Below are positions 10,608 to 21,767 of a stretch of 64,000 nucleotides of DNA, piece after piece. This DNA is from an uncultured Verrucomicrobiae bacterium. GTDB taxonomy: Bacteria; Verrucomicrobiota; Verrucomicrobiia; Chthoniobacterales; JAFAMB01. How positions within the stretch are numbered: position 1 is the first letter of the stretch; every line of letters begins with the position of its first letter. The DNA lies in NCBI GenBank assembly GCA_963837955.1, contig CAWIPH010000002.1, positions 2,848,001 to 2,912,000 on the forward strand. The letters are read 5' to 3'. The position numbers were made by a program, and so were the translations under genes. The notes under the pieces were generated by a model, which saw only the letters and a list, made by a program, of their open reading frames with translations, was not told the origin of the DNA and did not search any database.

Positions 10608-11708
10608 ATGAATCTCCCATTTACCGGCTTAGGAATGTGCCTCGGTAATCTCTCTCGCCTCTCAAACGCCCAGACAAGATCCATTAGCCCTGAGAATTTT
10701 TCGGGTGCCAAAGGTCACGGTGGAATGGCAACTGAGGGAACCGGCGCCCTCCCGGCACGTGAGTTAGGACAAGGTTGGAAGGTCTCGCCTAGTATCGACA
10801 TTAGAGGCCTTAGTACAGTTGTGCTTGCAGAAATGGCCGGCCCTGGGGCGATTCAGCATATTTGGCTGACAGTCTACCCCGACCACTGGCGCAAACTCAT
10901 TTTACGAATGTTCTGGGACGGAGAAGACCGCCCTTCGGTCGAGGTGCCGCTCGGCGATTTCTTCTGCCATGGTTGGGGTGTACGCTGTAATATCGCCTCA
11001 CTGGCGATTGCCGTGAACCCGGCTGGCGGATTTAACAGTTATTGGGAAATGCCATTCCGACGGAATGCCCTGATCACAATCGAAAATCTCAGTCCAGACG
11101 ATATCCAAGGTTTTTATTACCAAATTACCTACGCCTTGACGGAGGTGCCAGATGACGCGGCCTATTTCCACGCCCAATGGAGGCGCACGAACCCGATACC
11201 TTACAAAGGAGTGCACTCGATCGTCGATGGACTCAAGGGACACGGACACTACGTTGGTACTTACCTCGCTTGGGCTGTTCATAGCACCGGATGGTGGGGG
11301 GAGGGTGAGATCAAATACTACCTGGACGGCGACGGTGAGTGGCCCACCATTTGCGGTACAGGAACAGAAGACTACTTTGGTGGAGCCTGGAACTTCGAGC
11401 ATCCAAAAGGAGAATATGGCGTATTCTCTACACCATACTCGGGCCTGCCCCAGGTCATAAAACCTGATGGTCTTTACCAGAGCCAGCAACGATTCGGTAT
11501 GTACCGGTGGCACATCATGGACCCGATTCGATTCCAAGAAGATCTTCGAGTTACGATTCAAGCCTTAGGTTGGCGCTCAACGCTTGAAGGGCAACGCCGT
11601 TACTTACCTTTGCAGGACGACCTGGCATCCACCGCATTCTGGTATCAGACTGAACCTCATGCCGCTTTTCCTACGATCCCTGATCGTAACTACCTCGAAG
11701 TAATTTAG
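10608..11708 (+). CDS. DUF2961 / GH172-like glycoside hydrolase
   Basis: SISPEN, GPGAIQHIW, WWGEGE, GTGTEDYFG, YRWHIMDPI motifs. Confidence 0.88.
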   Translation: MNLPFTGLGMCLGNLSRLSNAQTRSISPENFSGAKGHGGMATEGTGALPARELGQGWKVSPSIDIRGLSTVVLAEMAGPGAIQHIWLTVYPDHWRKLILRMFWDGEDRPSVEVPLGDFFCHGWGVRCNIASLAIAVNPAGGFNSYWEMPFRRNALITIENLSPDDIQGFYYQITYALTEVPDDAAYFHAQWRRTNPIPYKGVHSIVDGLKGHGHYVGTYLAWAVHSTGWWGEGEIKYYLDGDGEWPTICGTGTEDYFGGAWNFEHPKGEYGVFSTPYSGLPQVIKPDGLYQSQQRFGMYRWHIMDPIRFQEDLRVTIQALGWRSTLEGQRRYLPLQDDLASTAFWYQTEPHAAFPTIPDRNYLEVI

Positions 11709-12032
11709 ACCGCGCCGCCATACTCCGAGATTCTCCGGAACGCGGACTCGGGGGTCGTGTTGCTGTCCAATCACCAGTCGGGTTTGACTGCTCACGCTTC
11801 GCCAGGCTGCGATCTCTGCGTCGTTTGTGGCCAGGACAGTCGGAATTGTTCGGCTTTTCTACGTTTCAATTCGGTTGTGAAGCATGTTTATGGAAACTAG
11901 GGTTGCGCTATGGCTCTGGCGACAGGCCGCAATTCGCGCCGGCGGTCTACCCGGAACGGATGCCCGGTTTTGGCGCTCTTGCCTTACTCACAGACCATCT
12001 CTCCCCCGACCAAACGAAACCACATTCGGCTC

Positions 12033-13538
12033 ATGACGACCGCACAAATTATTCTCGATTCCGATTTTATTATTTCCGAACTCGATCGCCGGGTGTTTGG
12101 TTCATTTGTCGAGCACCTCGGAAGGTGTGTTTATACCGGTATTTTCGAACCGGAGCATCCCACCGCAAATAAGCGAGGCTTCCGCCAAGATGTGGTCGAT
12201 TTGGTCCGCGAGCTGAGCCCGACGATTATTCGTTATCCAGGCGGCAATTTTCTCTCCGGATACAATTGGGAGGACGGTGTTGGTCCGATCGAGCAGAGAC
12301 CGGTTAGACTCGATCTAGCTTGGCTTAGTACCGAACCAAATCGCTTCGGTACAAACGAATTCATCGACTGGTGCCGCACGGCTGAAACCGAACCGATGCT
12401 GGGCGTAAATCTGGGCACTCGCGGACCGGATGAGGCCCGGCAATTCCTCGAATACTGCAACCATCCTGGCGGTACCTACCTGAGCGACCTGCGAGCGAAA
12501 CATGGTTATCCGGAGCCCCATGGTGTCAAATTCTGGTGTTTAGGGAACGAGATGGATGGGCCGTGGCAAATCTGTCACAAGACAGCGACTGAATACGGTC
12601 GCACCGCGAAGGAGACCGCGAAGGTAATGAAGTTGATTGATCCTTCCGTTCAATTGGCGGCCTGCGGCTCTTCCCATCGGAACATGCCGACGTTCGGAGC
12701 CTGGGAATACGAAGTGCTGGAGCACACCTTCGACTGTGTCGATTTCCTTTCGCTGCACATGTACTACGAGAACCCACTCAACGATGTGCTCGAATTTCTC
12801 GGTAACATTGAAATCATGGATCGCTTCATCAAGGAAGCGGTCGCGGTGAGTGATGCCGTTGCAGCGAAGCGACGGTCGTCCAAAAGAATCATGCTCTCAT
12901 TTGACGAATGGAACGTTTGGTACAAGGCTCGCTCCACTCAGGACACGGAACCAGCAAACTGGCCTTTCGCTCCCCGGTTACTCGAAGAGATCTATGATCT
13001 GCAGGATGCCCTGATGGTTGGCGGCGCGTTGATCACGCTGATCAATAATGCTGATCGAGTGAAGGCGGCATGTCTGGCCCAGCTGGTAAACGTTATCGGA
13101 GCGATCTATGCTGAACCGGGCGGCCCAGCCTGGCGACAAACGATCTTCCATCCGTTCAAGCTGGCCAGCCAATACGGCCGAGGTTCCGTACTACAGTCCA
13201 ACGTACGGTCAGGATCTTACTCAACCAAAACCGCCGGTGACTCTGCTCAGCTCTTGGCGGCATCTATCCACAACGCCAAGGACCGTAAGATCGTGCTTTT
13301 TCTTCTGAACCGGTCGACCGACGCACCGACTGATCTGTCGATCGATCTACGCGGCTTCGCCCCGATCCAGGACGGCAAAGTCCTCGTGCTCCATGGCGAC
13401 GACTTGCTTGCGACCAACTCCGCTAAGACACCGCGTAAGATACAGCCGACCGAGCATACTGAACTTTCCCTTCGCTCGGACAAAATCGCGACCCGATTGC
13501 AGCCACTCTCCTGGAACACTTTGGTGCTTAGCTACTGA
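12033..13538 (+). CDS. abfA: GH51 alpha-L-arabinofuranosidase
   Basis: FVEHLGR, RYPGGNF, WCLGNEMDG, SFDEWNVW, AQLVNVI; start ATG 12033. Confidence 0.93.
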   Translation: MTTAQIILDSDFIISELDRRVFGSFVEHLGRCVYTGIFEPEHPTANKRGFRQDVVDLVRELSPTIIRYPGGNFLSGYNWEDGVGPIEQRPVRLDLAWLSTEPNRFGTNEFIDWCRTAETEPMLGVNLGTRGPDEARQFLEYCNHPGGTYLSDLRAKHGYPEPHGVKFWCLGNEMDGPWQICHKTATEYGRTAKETAKVMKLIDPSVQLAACGSSHRNMPTFGAWEYEVLEHTFDCVDFLSLHMYYENPLNDVLEFLGNIEIMDRFIKEAVAVSDAVAAKRRSSKRIMLSFDEWNVWYKARSTQDTEPANWPFAPRLLEEIYDLQDALMVGGALITLINNADRVKAACLAQLVNVIGAIYAEPGGPAWRQTIFHPFKLASQYGRGSVLQSNVRSGSYSTKTAGDSAQLLAASIHNAKDRKIVLFLLNRSTDAPTDLSIDLRGFAPIQDGKVLVLHGDDLLATNSAKTPRKIQPTEHTELSLRSDKIATRLQPLSWNTLVLSY

Positions 13539-13902
13539 CCCAGAAAGATTTTACTTTTTCCCAAAAACCAAATCGGAGTGAACGAGCGATCGCCAATTGA
13601 ACTGGTCTGTTGCGGCCGACGAACACTCAACCGTTTGCTCGACGCCAATCATACCAATGAGCGCAAGGAACATTCCATTCGCCCGGACAACGTCGCTGCC
13701 AAGCTGCATTACCTTGTGGGGTGTGCTGTCGCTCTCGTACGAGGGGCACGCTCCGACAAAAACCTTGATCGGTAGTTGAATTCTTTTATATAGCGAAATA
13801 AACATCCCGTTCCCCCAAAATAGATCCCCCAAAATGAAAACAGCTATCTACTGTCTGGCAGCGTCTTTTGTTTCTGCGATCGCGCTTGAGGGAGGAAAAC
13901 TC

Positions 13903-15807
13903 ATGCGCATGCTCAAGCCGTTTGCGATTGTGCTTGGCACGATAATGCTCGCTCTGCAGGCGTATGCAGCAGAAGACATTACGAGTCTGCCGCGAAGTCA
14001 GACCCTGATTGTCGACAATCCGGAAGGCACGATCAGAAACCCGGGATGGTTCAACATCTGGGCGGCAAATGGCGGCGGTTGGTCAAACGGCCTGCAGCAA
14101 TTGGGATTGGACACGCTGTGGTACATCGACCCGGACAACGGCATCAACAACCAGGTCTGGGATAATTCGCTGGCCTCTGACCCGCCGATCTACAACCAAG
14201 ATTTCACCGAAATGACGGTGAAGCTGCGCCAGGGCCTGACCTGGAGCGACGGTGTCGAATTCACGGCGGACGACGTGGTCTACACCATCCAGGAACACCA
14301 AAAGAACGAAGGTCTCGCAGTTTGGCATCCAGCCGTGTCAATCAATGTCGATAGCGTCTCGGCGCCCGACAAATACACTGTCGTCTTCAAGCTGAAGAAG
14401 CCGAACTCGCGCTTCCATGCGCTCTTCACCGTGCGCTGGAACGCCTTATGGATCATGCCGAAGCATATCTTCGAGAAGCAGGCAGACGCGGCGAAGTACG
14501 ATTTCAACCCGCCGGTCACGATCGGGTCGTACAAGCTGCATAGCTTCGACCCAAATGGCGGCTGGTTCATCTGGGAGAAGCGTGACGACTGGAAGAATAC
14601 ATCGCTCGCCCGTTTCGGTGAACCCGCCCCGAAGTATGTTGCCTACGTGGATTCCGGACCGCCAGAAAAACGAGTGATTGCTCAGCTAAATCATCAACTC
14701 GACATCATTCACGACCTCTCCCCCGAAGCGATGTTCACGCTGGCGAAGCAAAGCAAGACGCTTGTGACCTGGTTTAAGGGCTTCCCTTATGCGCACCCGG
14801 ATCCGACGTTGCCGATGGTCATCTTTAATGACCAGCTCGACAAGTTCAAGAATCCGGACGTGCGCTGGGCACTGGCGCTTCTCATCGACCCCAAGGCGGT
14901 TGATATGGCTGCCTATCGTGGTGCTGCTACGATTTCGGCACTCGCGGTGCCGCCGACTGGCAACTATCCGAAGTTCTACTTCGATCCATTGCAACAGTGG
15001 CTGAAGGACTTCACCATCGACACGGGCAAGCAAACTATCCACCCCTACGATCCGACTGTCGGCAAGCAGATAGCCGACTTGTTGCGGCGATCGATGGGTA
15101 ACGCGATCCCGTCGGATCCGGCGGCGATTGCCCGCTCGATCGGGATGGGTTGGTGGAAGCCGAATCCTCAGGCGGCAGCCGAACTGCTCGGGAAGGCTGG
15201 CTTCAAGAAAGAGGGCGGTAAATGGCTGATGCCTGACGGAAAACCTTTCACGATCAAGATCCTTGTCGAAGGCAACGCGCGTTCCATTATGACGAATGCC
15301 GGAACGTTGATCGCGCAGGAATGGAAGGGCTTCGGCCTCGACGCTTCGACCGAAATCATCACGCACGCCGTGATGGATACCCGCGTACCGCTCGGTGACT
15401 ACGAGGTGCAACTCAACTGGAGTGTAGAGACCTGGGGCGGACACCCCGATCTCTCGTTCTTCCTTGACTCCTGGCACTCGGAATTCGTCGCGAAATTCGG
15501 CGAACGCCAAGCACCCCGCAACTGGCAGCGCTGGTCAAGTCCGGAGCTCGACAAGATCATCGAGCAGATCCGCACCGTTGGCTTCGACGATCCGAAGGGA
15601 TTGGAACTCGGCCAAGAGTACGCAAAGCTGATGGTCAAGGAAATGCCCGTGATCCCGTTAATGTCCTACAACGTGTTCACTGCGATGGACACCAAGTACT
15701 GGACCGGATACCCAAACGCCGAGACAGACCCGTACACTGACCCGGTTCCAAACTGGGGAAACTCCCGGGTCATGATGGTCAAGCTGAAGCCTACGGGCGC
15801 CAATTGA
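13903..15807 (+). CDS. Opp/Dpp-family ABC substrate-binding protein (probably oligosaccharide)
   Basis: Signal peptide; WSDGVEFTADDV family-5 signature; GGAGG SD before ATG 13903. Confidence 0.9.
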   Translation: MRMLKPFAIVLGTIMLALQAYAAEDITSLPRSQTLIVDNPEGTIRNPGWFNIWAANGGGWSNGLQQLGLDTLWYIDPDNGINNQVWDNSLASDPPIYNQDFTEMTVKLRQGLTWSDGVEFTADDVVYTIQEHQKNEGLAVWHPAVSINVDSVSAPDKYTVVFKLKKPNSRFHALFTVRWNALWIMPKHIFEKQADAAKYDFNPPVTIGSYKLHSFDPNGGWFIWEKRDDWKNTSLARFGEPAPKYVAYVDSGPPEKRVIAQLNHQLDIIHDLSPEAMFTLAKQSKTLVTWFKGFPYAHPDPTLPMVIFNDQLDKFKNPDVRWALALLIDPKAVDMAAYRGAATISALAVPPTGNYPKFYFDPLQQWLKDFTIDTGKQTIHPYDPTVGKQIADLLRRSMGNAIPSDPAAIARSIGMGWWKPNPQAAAELLGKAGFKKEGGKWLMPDGKPFTIKILVEGNARSIMTNAGTLIAQEWKGFGLDASTEIITHAVMDTRVPLGDYEVQLNWSVETWGGHPDLSFFLDSWHSEFVAKFGERQAPRNWQRWSSPELDKIIEQIRTVGFDDPKGLELGQEYAKLMVKEMPVIPLMSYNVFTAMDTKYWTGYPNAETDPYTDPVPNWGNSRVMMVKLKPTGAN

Positions 15808-15847
15808 CATCGAGTGCGATGAGGAGACGCGCCATGAGACGTGTGAC

Positions 15848-16852
15848 ATGAGGACTGTCCTTCTGCATATCCTGAGGCGCTTTGGGCAGTTCGTCCTTGT
15901 CGTGTTCATTGGTATAAACCTGACATTTCTCATTACCCACATCTCACCGATCGACCCCGTCGAAGCCTCGGTCAGCGCCATGACTGCGTTCTCGAGCTCT
16001 CAGCCCGAGGCGGTCGAACTGATGCGGAAGTCCCTGAAGGAACTTTACGGGCTGCAGGGAACGCTCTTCGATCAGTACATCGTCTTCTGGAAGCGGATTC
16101 TCGTTGCCGATTTCGGGCCGTCCCTTTCGACCTTTCCGACGCCGGTGTCCACGCTGATCGGGCGCGCCCTTCCATGGACGGTTGGACTGCTGGTCGTCGC
16201 CACCGTCCTGTCCTGGGTTCTCGGGAATTTCATCGGCGGCCTGGCCGGCTACTACCGCAACAGCCGCTTCCTGAAATTTGCGGGCGTCATCTTCATGGCG
16301 CTCAATCCCGTCCCGTACTACATCGTTGCCTTCGTTCTTCTGATCGTCTTCGGATATCTCTGGCCGATCCTGCCCCTAACCGGCGCTTATGACATGAACA
16401 TGCAGCCGGGCTATCGGCTCGACTTCATCTTGAGCGTGGTCGTGCACTCCTTGCTACCGATTCTCTCGCTGGTGTTGGTCGGCATCGGTAGTTGGTTCCT
16501 CGGCATGCGCGCGCTCGTCTCAAATATCGTCACCGAGGACTATGTGGTTTACGCGGAGCTTGGTGGTGTCGGTCGCACCAGAATTCTTACCTCCTATGTG
16601 ATGCGCAATGCGTTGATGCCTCAAGTTACCGGACTCGCCATCGTGCTCGGCTCGATTTTCAATGGCGCGATCATTACCGAGGTCGTCTTTGGATATCCGG
16701 GCCTCGGCCGGCTCCTCGTATCGGGCGTCGAAAGGGGAGACTATAGCCTCGTGCTAGGCGTCACGACGGTTTCGATTATTACTGTCTCAGCAGCGGTCTT
16801 TCTGATCGACTTGCTCTACCCGCTTCTCGACCCTCGCATTCAGGCAGGCTAA
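15848..16852 (+). CDS. Opp-type ABC permease (OppB-like)
   Basis: DFGPSL, ITEVVFGYPGLG, LDPRI end. Confidence 0.92.
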   Translation: MRTVLLHILRRFGQFVLVVFIGINLTFLITHISPIDPVEASVSAMTAFSSSQPEAVELMRKSLKELYGLQGTLFDQYIVFWKRILVADFGPSLSTFPTPVSTLIGRALPWTVGLLVVATVLSWVLGNFIGGLAGYYRNSRFLKFAGVIFMALNPVPYYIVAFVLLIVFGYLWPILPLTGAYDMNMQPGYRLDFILSVVVHSLLPILSLVLVGIGSWFLGMRALVSNIVTEDYVVYAELGGVGRTRILTSYVMRNALMPQVTGLAIVLGSIFNGAIITEVVFGYPGLGRLLVSGVERGDYSLVLGVTTVSIITVSAAVFLIDLLYPLLDPRIQAG

Positions 16853-16855
16853 ACG

Positions 16856-17713
16856 ATGTTCAAGATCATCCGCGATCTCTTCCGCTACAACGCGGAGTTT
16901 GCTGTCGGCGCAATCCTGATGAGCTTCGTGCTGATTATCGCGGCCTTGTCCGCTTTTTCGCCATATCCGCCCGACCAAACCTACGTGGTGCCCCCTGACA
17001 TTCCACCCTCGTGGCAATATCTCTTCGGAACGACCTCGCGCGGCCAAGATACCTTCTGGCAAGTCACGTTCGCGCTGCGCAATTCGCTGTTTTTCGGGTT
17101 CAGCGTCGCTCTGATCAGCCGCGTTTTGTCACTTTTGGTCGGGCTCATCGCTGGATACCACGGTGGCAGCCTCGACCGCGTGCTGATGTCGCTCAACGAC
17201 ACCTTTCTAGTGATCCCGCTCTTCCCGCTTCTGGTAATGTTCTATTTCGTCCTGCGCGACCATATGAACTGGAGTCTGCTTGCCCTGATTATGGGCTGTC
17301 TCGGCTGGCCGTTTGATGCTCGGCTGATCCGGTCCGTGACACTCAGTCTCAAGACCCGGGAATTCACAACCCAAAGCATCTTTTCGGGGATGAGTACCCG
17401 CCAAATTCTTCTGGAAGAGCATCTGCCCTACGTACTGCCCATCGTGTTTGCGACCACCATGGCCAATATCAACTGGTCGATTGGCCTCGAAGTCACGTTG
17501 TCGGTGCTCGGTTTCACCGACGTCGAAACGCCCACGATCGGTACCATGCTCTACTGGGCCAACCAGCACAGCGCAATGATTTCCGGAGTATGGTGGTGGT
17601 TTGTCGCTCCGACCGCGTTTGTCGTCATGAGCTTCATCGGCCTATTCTTGCTTTCAATATCGATGAATGAATACATCGATCCACGCAGCCGGTTGGCCCG
17701 AATGGGGGCCTAG
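16856..17713 (+). CDS. Opp-type ABC permease (OppC-like)
   Basis: LFGTTSRGQD, ARLIRS, LSVLGF, IDPR. Confidence 0.92.
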   Translation: MFKIIRDLFRYNAEFAVGAILMSFVLIIAALSAFSPYPPDQTYVVPPDIPPSWQYLFGTTSRGQDTFWQVTFALRNSLFFGFSVALISRVLSLLVGLIAGYHGGSLDRVLMSLNDTFLVIPLFPLLVMFYFVLRDHMNWSLLALIMGCLGWPFDARLIRSVTLSLKTREFTTQSIFSGMSTRQILLEEHLPYVLPIVFATTMANINWSIGLEVTLSVLGFTDVETPTIGTMLYWANQHSAMISGVWWWFVAPTAFVVMSFIGLFLLSISMNEYIDPRSRLARMGA

Positions 17714-18768
17714 TGACTATGGAAGCCGCGTTGTTGGTCGAGAACCTGCGGGCCTACTATTTGATGCGCTATTTCGGCGTCACTCGCGAAGTCCGCGCCG
17801 TCGATGACATTTCCCTCGAAGTAAAGAGAAACGAGATCTACGGGCTCGCCGGGGAGTCGAGCAGCGGCAAGACCACCTTCATCAAGACCATCGCGGCCGC
17901 AATCCGGCCACCGCTCGAAGTGGTCAGCGGCAGCATCAAGTACGGCTTTCTCGACCGCGACATATACCACCTTTCCTCCGAAGCACTTTCCGCGATCCGT
18001 TGGAAGCATCTGTCGTACATCACTCAGGGTTCGATGAACGTCCTGAACCCGATCCGCCGGGTGCGGCAATCCTTCATCGACTTTGCCCTTCGCCATATGG
18101 GCCGGTCAAAGAGAGAATTTTTTGCGATTGTCGAGAGCCATCTTTCCCGTCTGGGTTTGGCGCCGACTGTCCTCAGCGCCTATCCGCATGAGTTGTCTGG
18201 CGGCATGCGTCAGCGGGTCGCAATCGCGCTCGCCACAATCTGCCGGCCGGAATTCATCATCGCCGACGAACCCACGACTGCGCTCGACGTGGTCGTTCAA
18301 AAAAGTGTGCTGAGGATGATCCGCGAAGCGCAGCAAGAGCTCGGCTCGTCGATGATCTTTGTTACGCATGATCTCACCGTCCACGCAAATATCGCAGACC
18401 GACTTGGCATCATGTATGCCGGGCGGCTGGTGGAGGAGGCGCCGACGACGGAGATCTTCCACAATCCGATGCATCCCTACACTACCCATCTCGTCGCAAG
18501 TCTGCCGCGGATCGGCGACGCGACGCCAAGAAAAGCGCTTTCGGGGGCACCGCCGAGCCTGGCCGATCCGCCGAGTGGATGCAGGTTCCACCCGCGTTGT
18601 CCACTCGCCATGGACATCTGTCGCCAGGTCCATCCCGCGCTCACGACGCTAGCGGCCAACCACCGGGTCGCATGCTATGCGGTGAGTCCGCTCGTCAAGC
18701 CGAGCGCAGAGCTTGCGCCCGCGTCCGCTGCGAGTCCGGATCCCGAACTTATGAGACTTGTCCCGTGA
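17713..18768 (+). CDS. Opp-type ABC ATP-binding protein (OppD-like)
   Basis: GESSSGKT, LSGGMRQR, DEPT, GCRFHPRC. Confidence 0.93.
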   Translation: MTMEAALLVENLRAYYLMRYFGVTREVRAVDDISLEVKRNEIYGLAGESSSGKTTFIKTIAAAIRPPLEVVSGSIKYGFLDRDIYHLSSEALSAIRWKHLSYITQGSMNVLNPIRRVRQSFIDFALRHMGRSKREFFAIVESHLSRLGLAPTVLSAYPHELSGGMRQRVAIALATICRPEFIIADEPTTALDVVVQKSVLRMIREAQQELGSSMIFVTHDLTVHANIADRLGIMYAGRLVEEAPTTEIFHNPMHPYTTHLVASLPRIGDATPRKALSGAPPSLADPPSGCRFHPRCPLAMDICRQVHPALTTLAANHRVACYAVSPLVKPSAELAPASAASPDPELMRLVP

Positions 18769-19610
18769 GCAGCGATCTTCTCACCGTCGATCATATTACC
18801 AAGGTCTATTCGACCGGTGGAATGTTGGGCCGTACCGCATTTGCCGCCCTCGACAAGGTCAGCTTTTCTCTTCAGGCCGACCGGCCGGAAATCTTTGCGA
18901 TCATAGGCGAGTCCGGCAGTGGCAAGACGACCCTCGCCCGTATCATTCTCAACATGCTCGCGCCGACTTCAGGCACAATCACTTTCCGCGGAACTGATTT
19001 TTCGAAGATACGCGGGCGACGGAGCCGGCTCGAATTCATGAGCCACGTGCAACCGATATTTCAAAATCCGTTCGAGGCCTTCAATCCGTTGAAACGCGTC
19101 GATCGCTATCTGTTTGCTTCCGCCAGCCGTTTCGTAGGACTCCGTGGACGGGACGCTCGCGAGGCAGCTGCTGACCGGGCTCTGAAGCAGGTTGGGCTGT
19201 CGCTCGCCGAAGTGAAAGGGCGGTTTCCGCATGAGTTATCCGGAGGACAGCTTCAGCGAACCGCTATCGCCCGCGCTCTTGTCTCGTCGCCGGCGCTCAT
19301 CGTTGCAGACGAACCTGTCTCAATGGTCGACGCCTCGCTCCGCATGTCGATCGTCAATTTATTCAAATCGCTCCGCGACGAGTTGAAAGTGTCGATCATT
19401 TACATCACGCACGATCTGGCCACCGCCTATTACATCAGCGACCGGGTGATGATCATGCAAAAAGGTAAGGTAGTTGAAACTGGACCTGCACGTGAGGTGC
19501 TCTCGAACCCTCACCACCCTTACACGGTTCTTCTGCGGGCCTCGGTTCTGTCGCCCGATGACGCCGACCGAGCCGTCGGCGCTCCTTCCAATGAAGGTAC
19601 CGTCGCGTAG
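18765..19610 (+). CDS. Opp-type ABC ATP-binding protein (OppF-like)
   Basis: GESGSGKT, LSGGQLQR, DEPVS; GTG start overlapping the upstream stop. Confidence 0.92.
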   Translation: MSSDLLTVDHITKVYSTGGMLGRTAFAALDKVSFSLQADRPEIFAIIGESGSGKTTLARIILNMLAPTSGTITFRGTDFSKIRGRRSRLEFMSHVQPIFQNPFEAFNPLKRVDRYLFASASRFVGLRGRDAREAAADRALKQVGLSLAEVKGRFPHELSGGQLQRTAIARALVSSPALIVADEPVSMVDASLRMSIVNLFKSLRDELKVSIIYITHDLATAYYISDRVMIMQKGKVVETGPAREVLSNPHHPYTVLLRASVLSPDDADRAVGAPSNEGTVA

Positions 19611-19928
19611 CGTCTCGGGCCCTGGAGCTTGATCCGCGCATCGCGTCGGCCATTCGCTCGACCTGAGCAAGTTTCCTCTCAGAAACAGGGCTTCGAATTC
19701 TTCCATACTTGCGCTACGGCGGCTCAACATTTTCGCTACTTTCTCATTCGCGGAGGAACGGCCGTGGAATCGGTTTGGGAGCGATTCAATGGGCGGTAAT
19801 GTTTCGGTTCGGTTTCGCTCCCCGCAGTTTTCGTTTCCATTGTGTCGACTTTCGTCTTTTGGCAGACTTGCCGTGGCCCATCCATCTCATTGGGTGATTT
19901 GCCGACTAAGGTACGAAGCACCGTCTCT

Positions 19929-19948
19929 TATTGGACTTTAGTCCCATA
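19929..19948. promoter_or_regulatory. palindromic operator box (TATTGGAC-N4-GTCCAATA family)
   Basis: TATTGGAC TTTA GTCCCATA; TAAAAT 22 nt downstream. Confidence 0.75.
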
Positions 19949-19985
19949 GACGGAGCAGAAGCTGATAACCTAAAATCTGACCCAA

Positions 19986-21524
19986 ATGACTGATACACCA
20001 TGTCCGGGGAGATACAGTCAGGGAGTACCCATTTTTGCCAGACTGATTCCGGCAGCGTGGATCAGGAATAATTGGTGGCACCGACGCGGTCCATCGCGGA
20101 ATCTTGGTTCGGGTTGTTTGCGCTTTGTGACACTCGTTTTCCCGATCCTCGTCGCGGGCTGTGCCGCTTACGGCCCCTACCACGCGAATACATCGGAAGA
20201 ACAATTCAACTCAGTACGAGGACCCAAGGACGGACGCTACAAATTGGCGTTCATCGAATTCGGGGATCAAGGGTCAATGTTAGATACATCGCAACTAGGC
20301 GCTGCTCTCCAAGTAATCGGTAAAGCGGAGCGTCCGCTACTCTTCGTTTACATCCACGGCTGGCAAAACAACGCGATTTCGGGAGACGTCTGCCGGTTCG
20401 AACACTTCATCGATACGATGTCGCGCATTCCGGAGATGACCGCGCGAAAGATTAACGTAATCGGCGTCTATATCGCATGGCGTGGCAGAGACCTTACTGT
20501 GCCAGGACTAAGTTTATTGACATTCTGGAGTCGCAAGTCCGCAGGTCAGATAGTTGCGTCACAAAACGGCTGCCTAGCTGCCATCAGCGAGCTCGCATTG
20601 GCTGCTCGAGCGCCAGATAAGAAATATCACCATTGTGTGCTATTAGGCCATTCATTTGGCGGGTTGGTGCTGGGGAATACCATTTCTCATTCCATTCTCG
20701 ATGCCGGCAGCAACGGTGTACGCAATTCCAGTCCATGGGACATGGCGGTGGCGTTTAATTCAGCAGATAGTTCCATTGGCTCCCGGCAATTGATGGCGGA
20801 ACTCAATTACCTGTATAAATACGATGAAAAACGGCATGCGTATGTTGCTCGAACGTCTCTGGAAAGCGGTGTGGTCATAGAGGAAAACCGTCCATTTTTG
20901 GTCATCCTGCAATCAGAGAACGATCAGGCGACGGGCCAATTCTTTCCCATTGGGACGGGAGTGTACAACACCATCAATCTTCGCTACCATTGGGATAAGG
21001 TATCGGTGCCCGGTAGGCACGGAAGCAAAGTATCTGAACAGGAGTTCTACACTCGGACACCGGGCAACAACCCGTATCTAGTCAATTATCACGTCGTACA
21101 TCTTGGGGAAACCACCGCGCCATCCGATCTAAGAGCGCAGGAGAACAGAGCGTTCGAAGCCAATATCAGGCAAAACGTGCGCGACCAGATCTTTTATACC
21201 AGTGAACGTAACGATGGCCACGAAAACCGTTTCTGCCGCAATGGCAGCTATAATCCCGATGAGGTCAGACCATCTACCGGAAAAGAAGTTTGGCGGCGAT
21301 GGCAATTCGTTTATTCGGGTAATGCCCGGGTACCATGCTGGATTGTTAGGGTGCCAAAGGATATTATTTGGGGTCACGGCGGACTGTGGAGCGACAACTC
21401 CGTCGCCATGTTGGGCGCTCTTTTCCGGATGCATTTCCCGCTGGAAGGCGGACGCATTGCGCTTCCTCCTCAGCGCCCTAGCGTTCCAACGACCCCGGAC
21501 CTGCAACAGTTAAACCAAGATTAG
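19986..21524 (+). CDS. putative alpha/beta-hydrolase-fold lipoprotein (start uncertain)
   Basis: LVAGC lipobox-like; YIHGW and GHSFG nucleophile-elbow motifs. Confidence 0.65.
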   Translation: MTDTPCPGRYSQGVPIFARLIPAAWIRNNWWHRRGPSRNLGSGCLRFVTLVFPILVAGCAAYGPYHANTSEEQFNSVRGPKDGRYKLAFIEFGDQGSMLDTSQLGAALQVIGKAERPLLFVYIHGWQNNAISGDVCRFEHFIDTMSRIPEMTARKINVIGVYIAWRGRDLTVPGLSLLTFWSRKSAGQIVASQNGCLAAISELALAARAPDKKYHHCVLLGHSFGGLVLGNTISHSILDAGSNGVRNSSPWDMAVAFNSADSSIGSRQLMAELNYLYKYDEKRHAYVARTSLESGVVIEENRPFLVILQSENDQATGQFFPIGTGVYNTINLRYHWDKVSVPGRHGSKVSEQEFYTRTPGNNPYLVNYHVVHLGETTAPSDLRAQENRAFEANIRQNVRDQIFYTSERNDGHENRFCRNGSYNPDEVRPSTGKEVWRRWQFVYSGNARVPCWIVRVPKDIIWGHGGLWSDNSVAMLGALFRMHFPLEGGRIALPPQRPSVPTTPDLQQLNQD

Positions 21525-21767
21525 CTGCGATGACCGACGCCGCCATCGTCGGACCAAAGACGCCCCACGATCGTCCAGAGGACGATTAATCGTACGAACT
21601 CGGGAACCAACACGAGGCGACATTCAATAACTCCTTCGCGACTATCTCGATGCCCGAGTATATCGGAGCAGGGTCCGAGCCTTTCCCATAGCACAATAAG
21701 CGAGCGACCGTTTTGTACCCTGACCGCATCCGCGCGGTAGGAATTCCCACTTACCGGAATCTTCTCA

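Noticed and set aside
19899..19918. Additional operator copies (TTGCCGAC TAAG GTACGAAG; half-sites near 31878 and 36968)
   Set aside because: Too degenerate, or only one arm, so not counted
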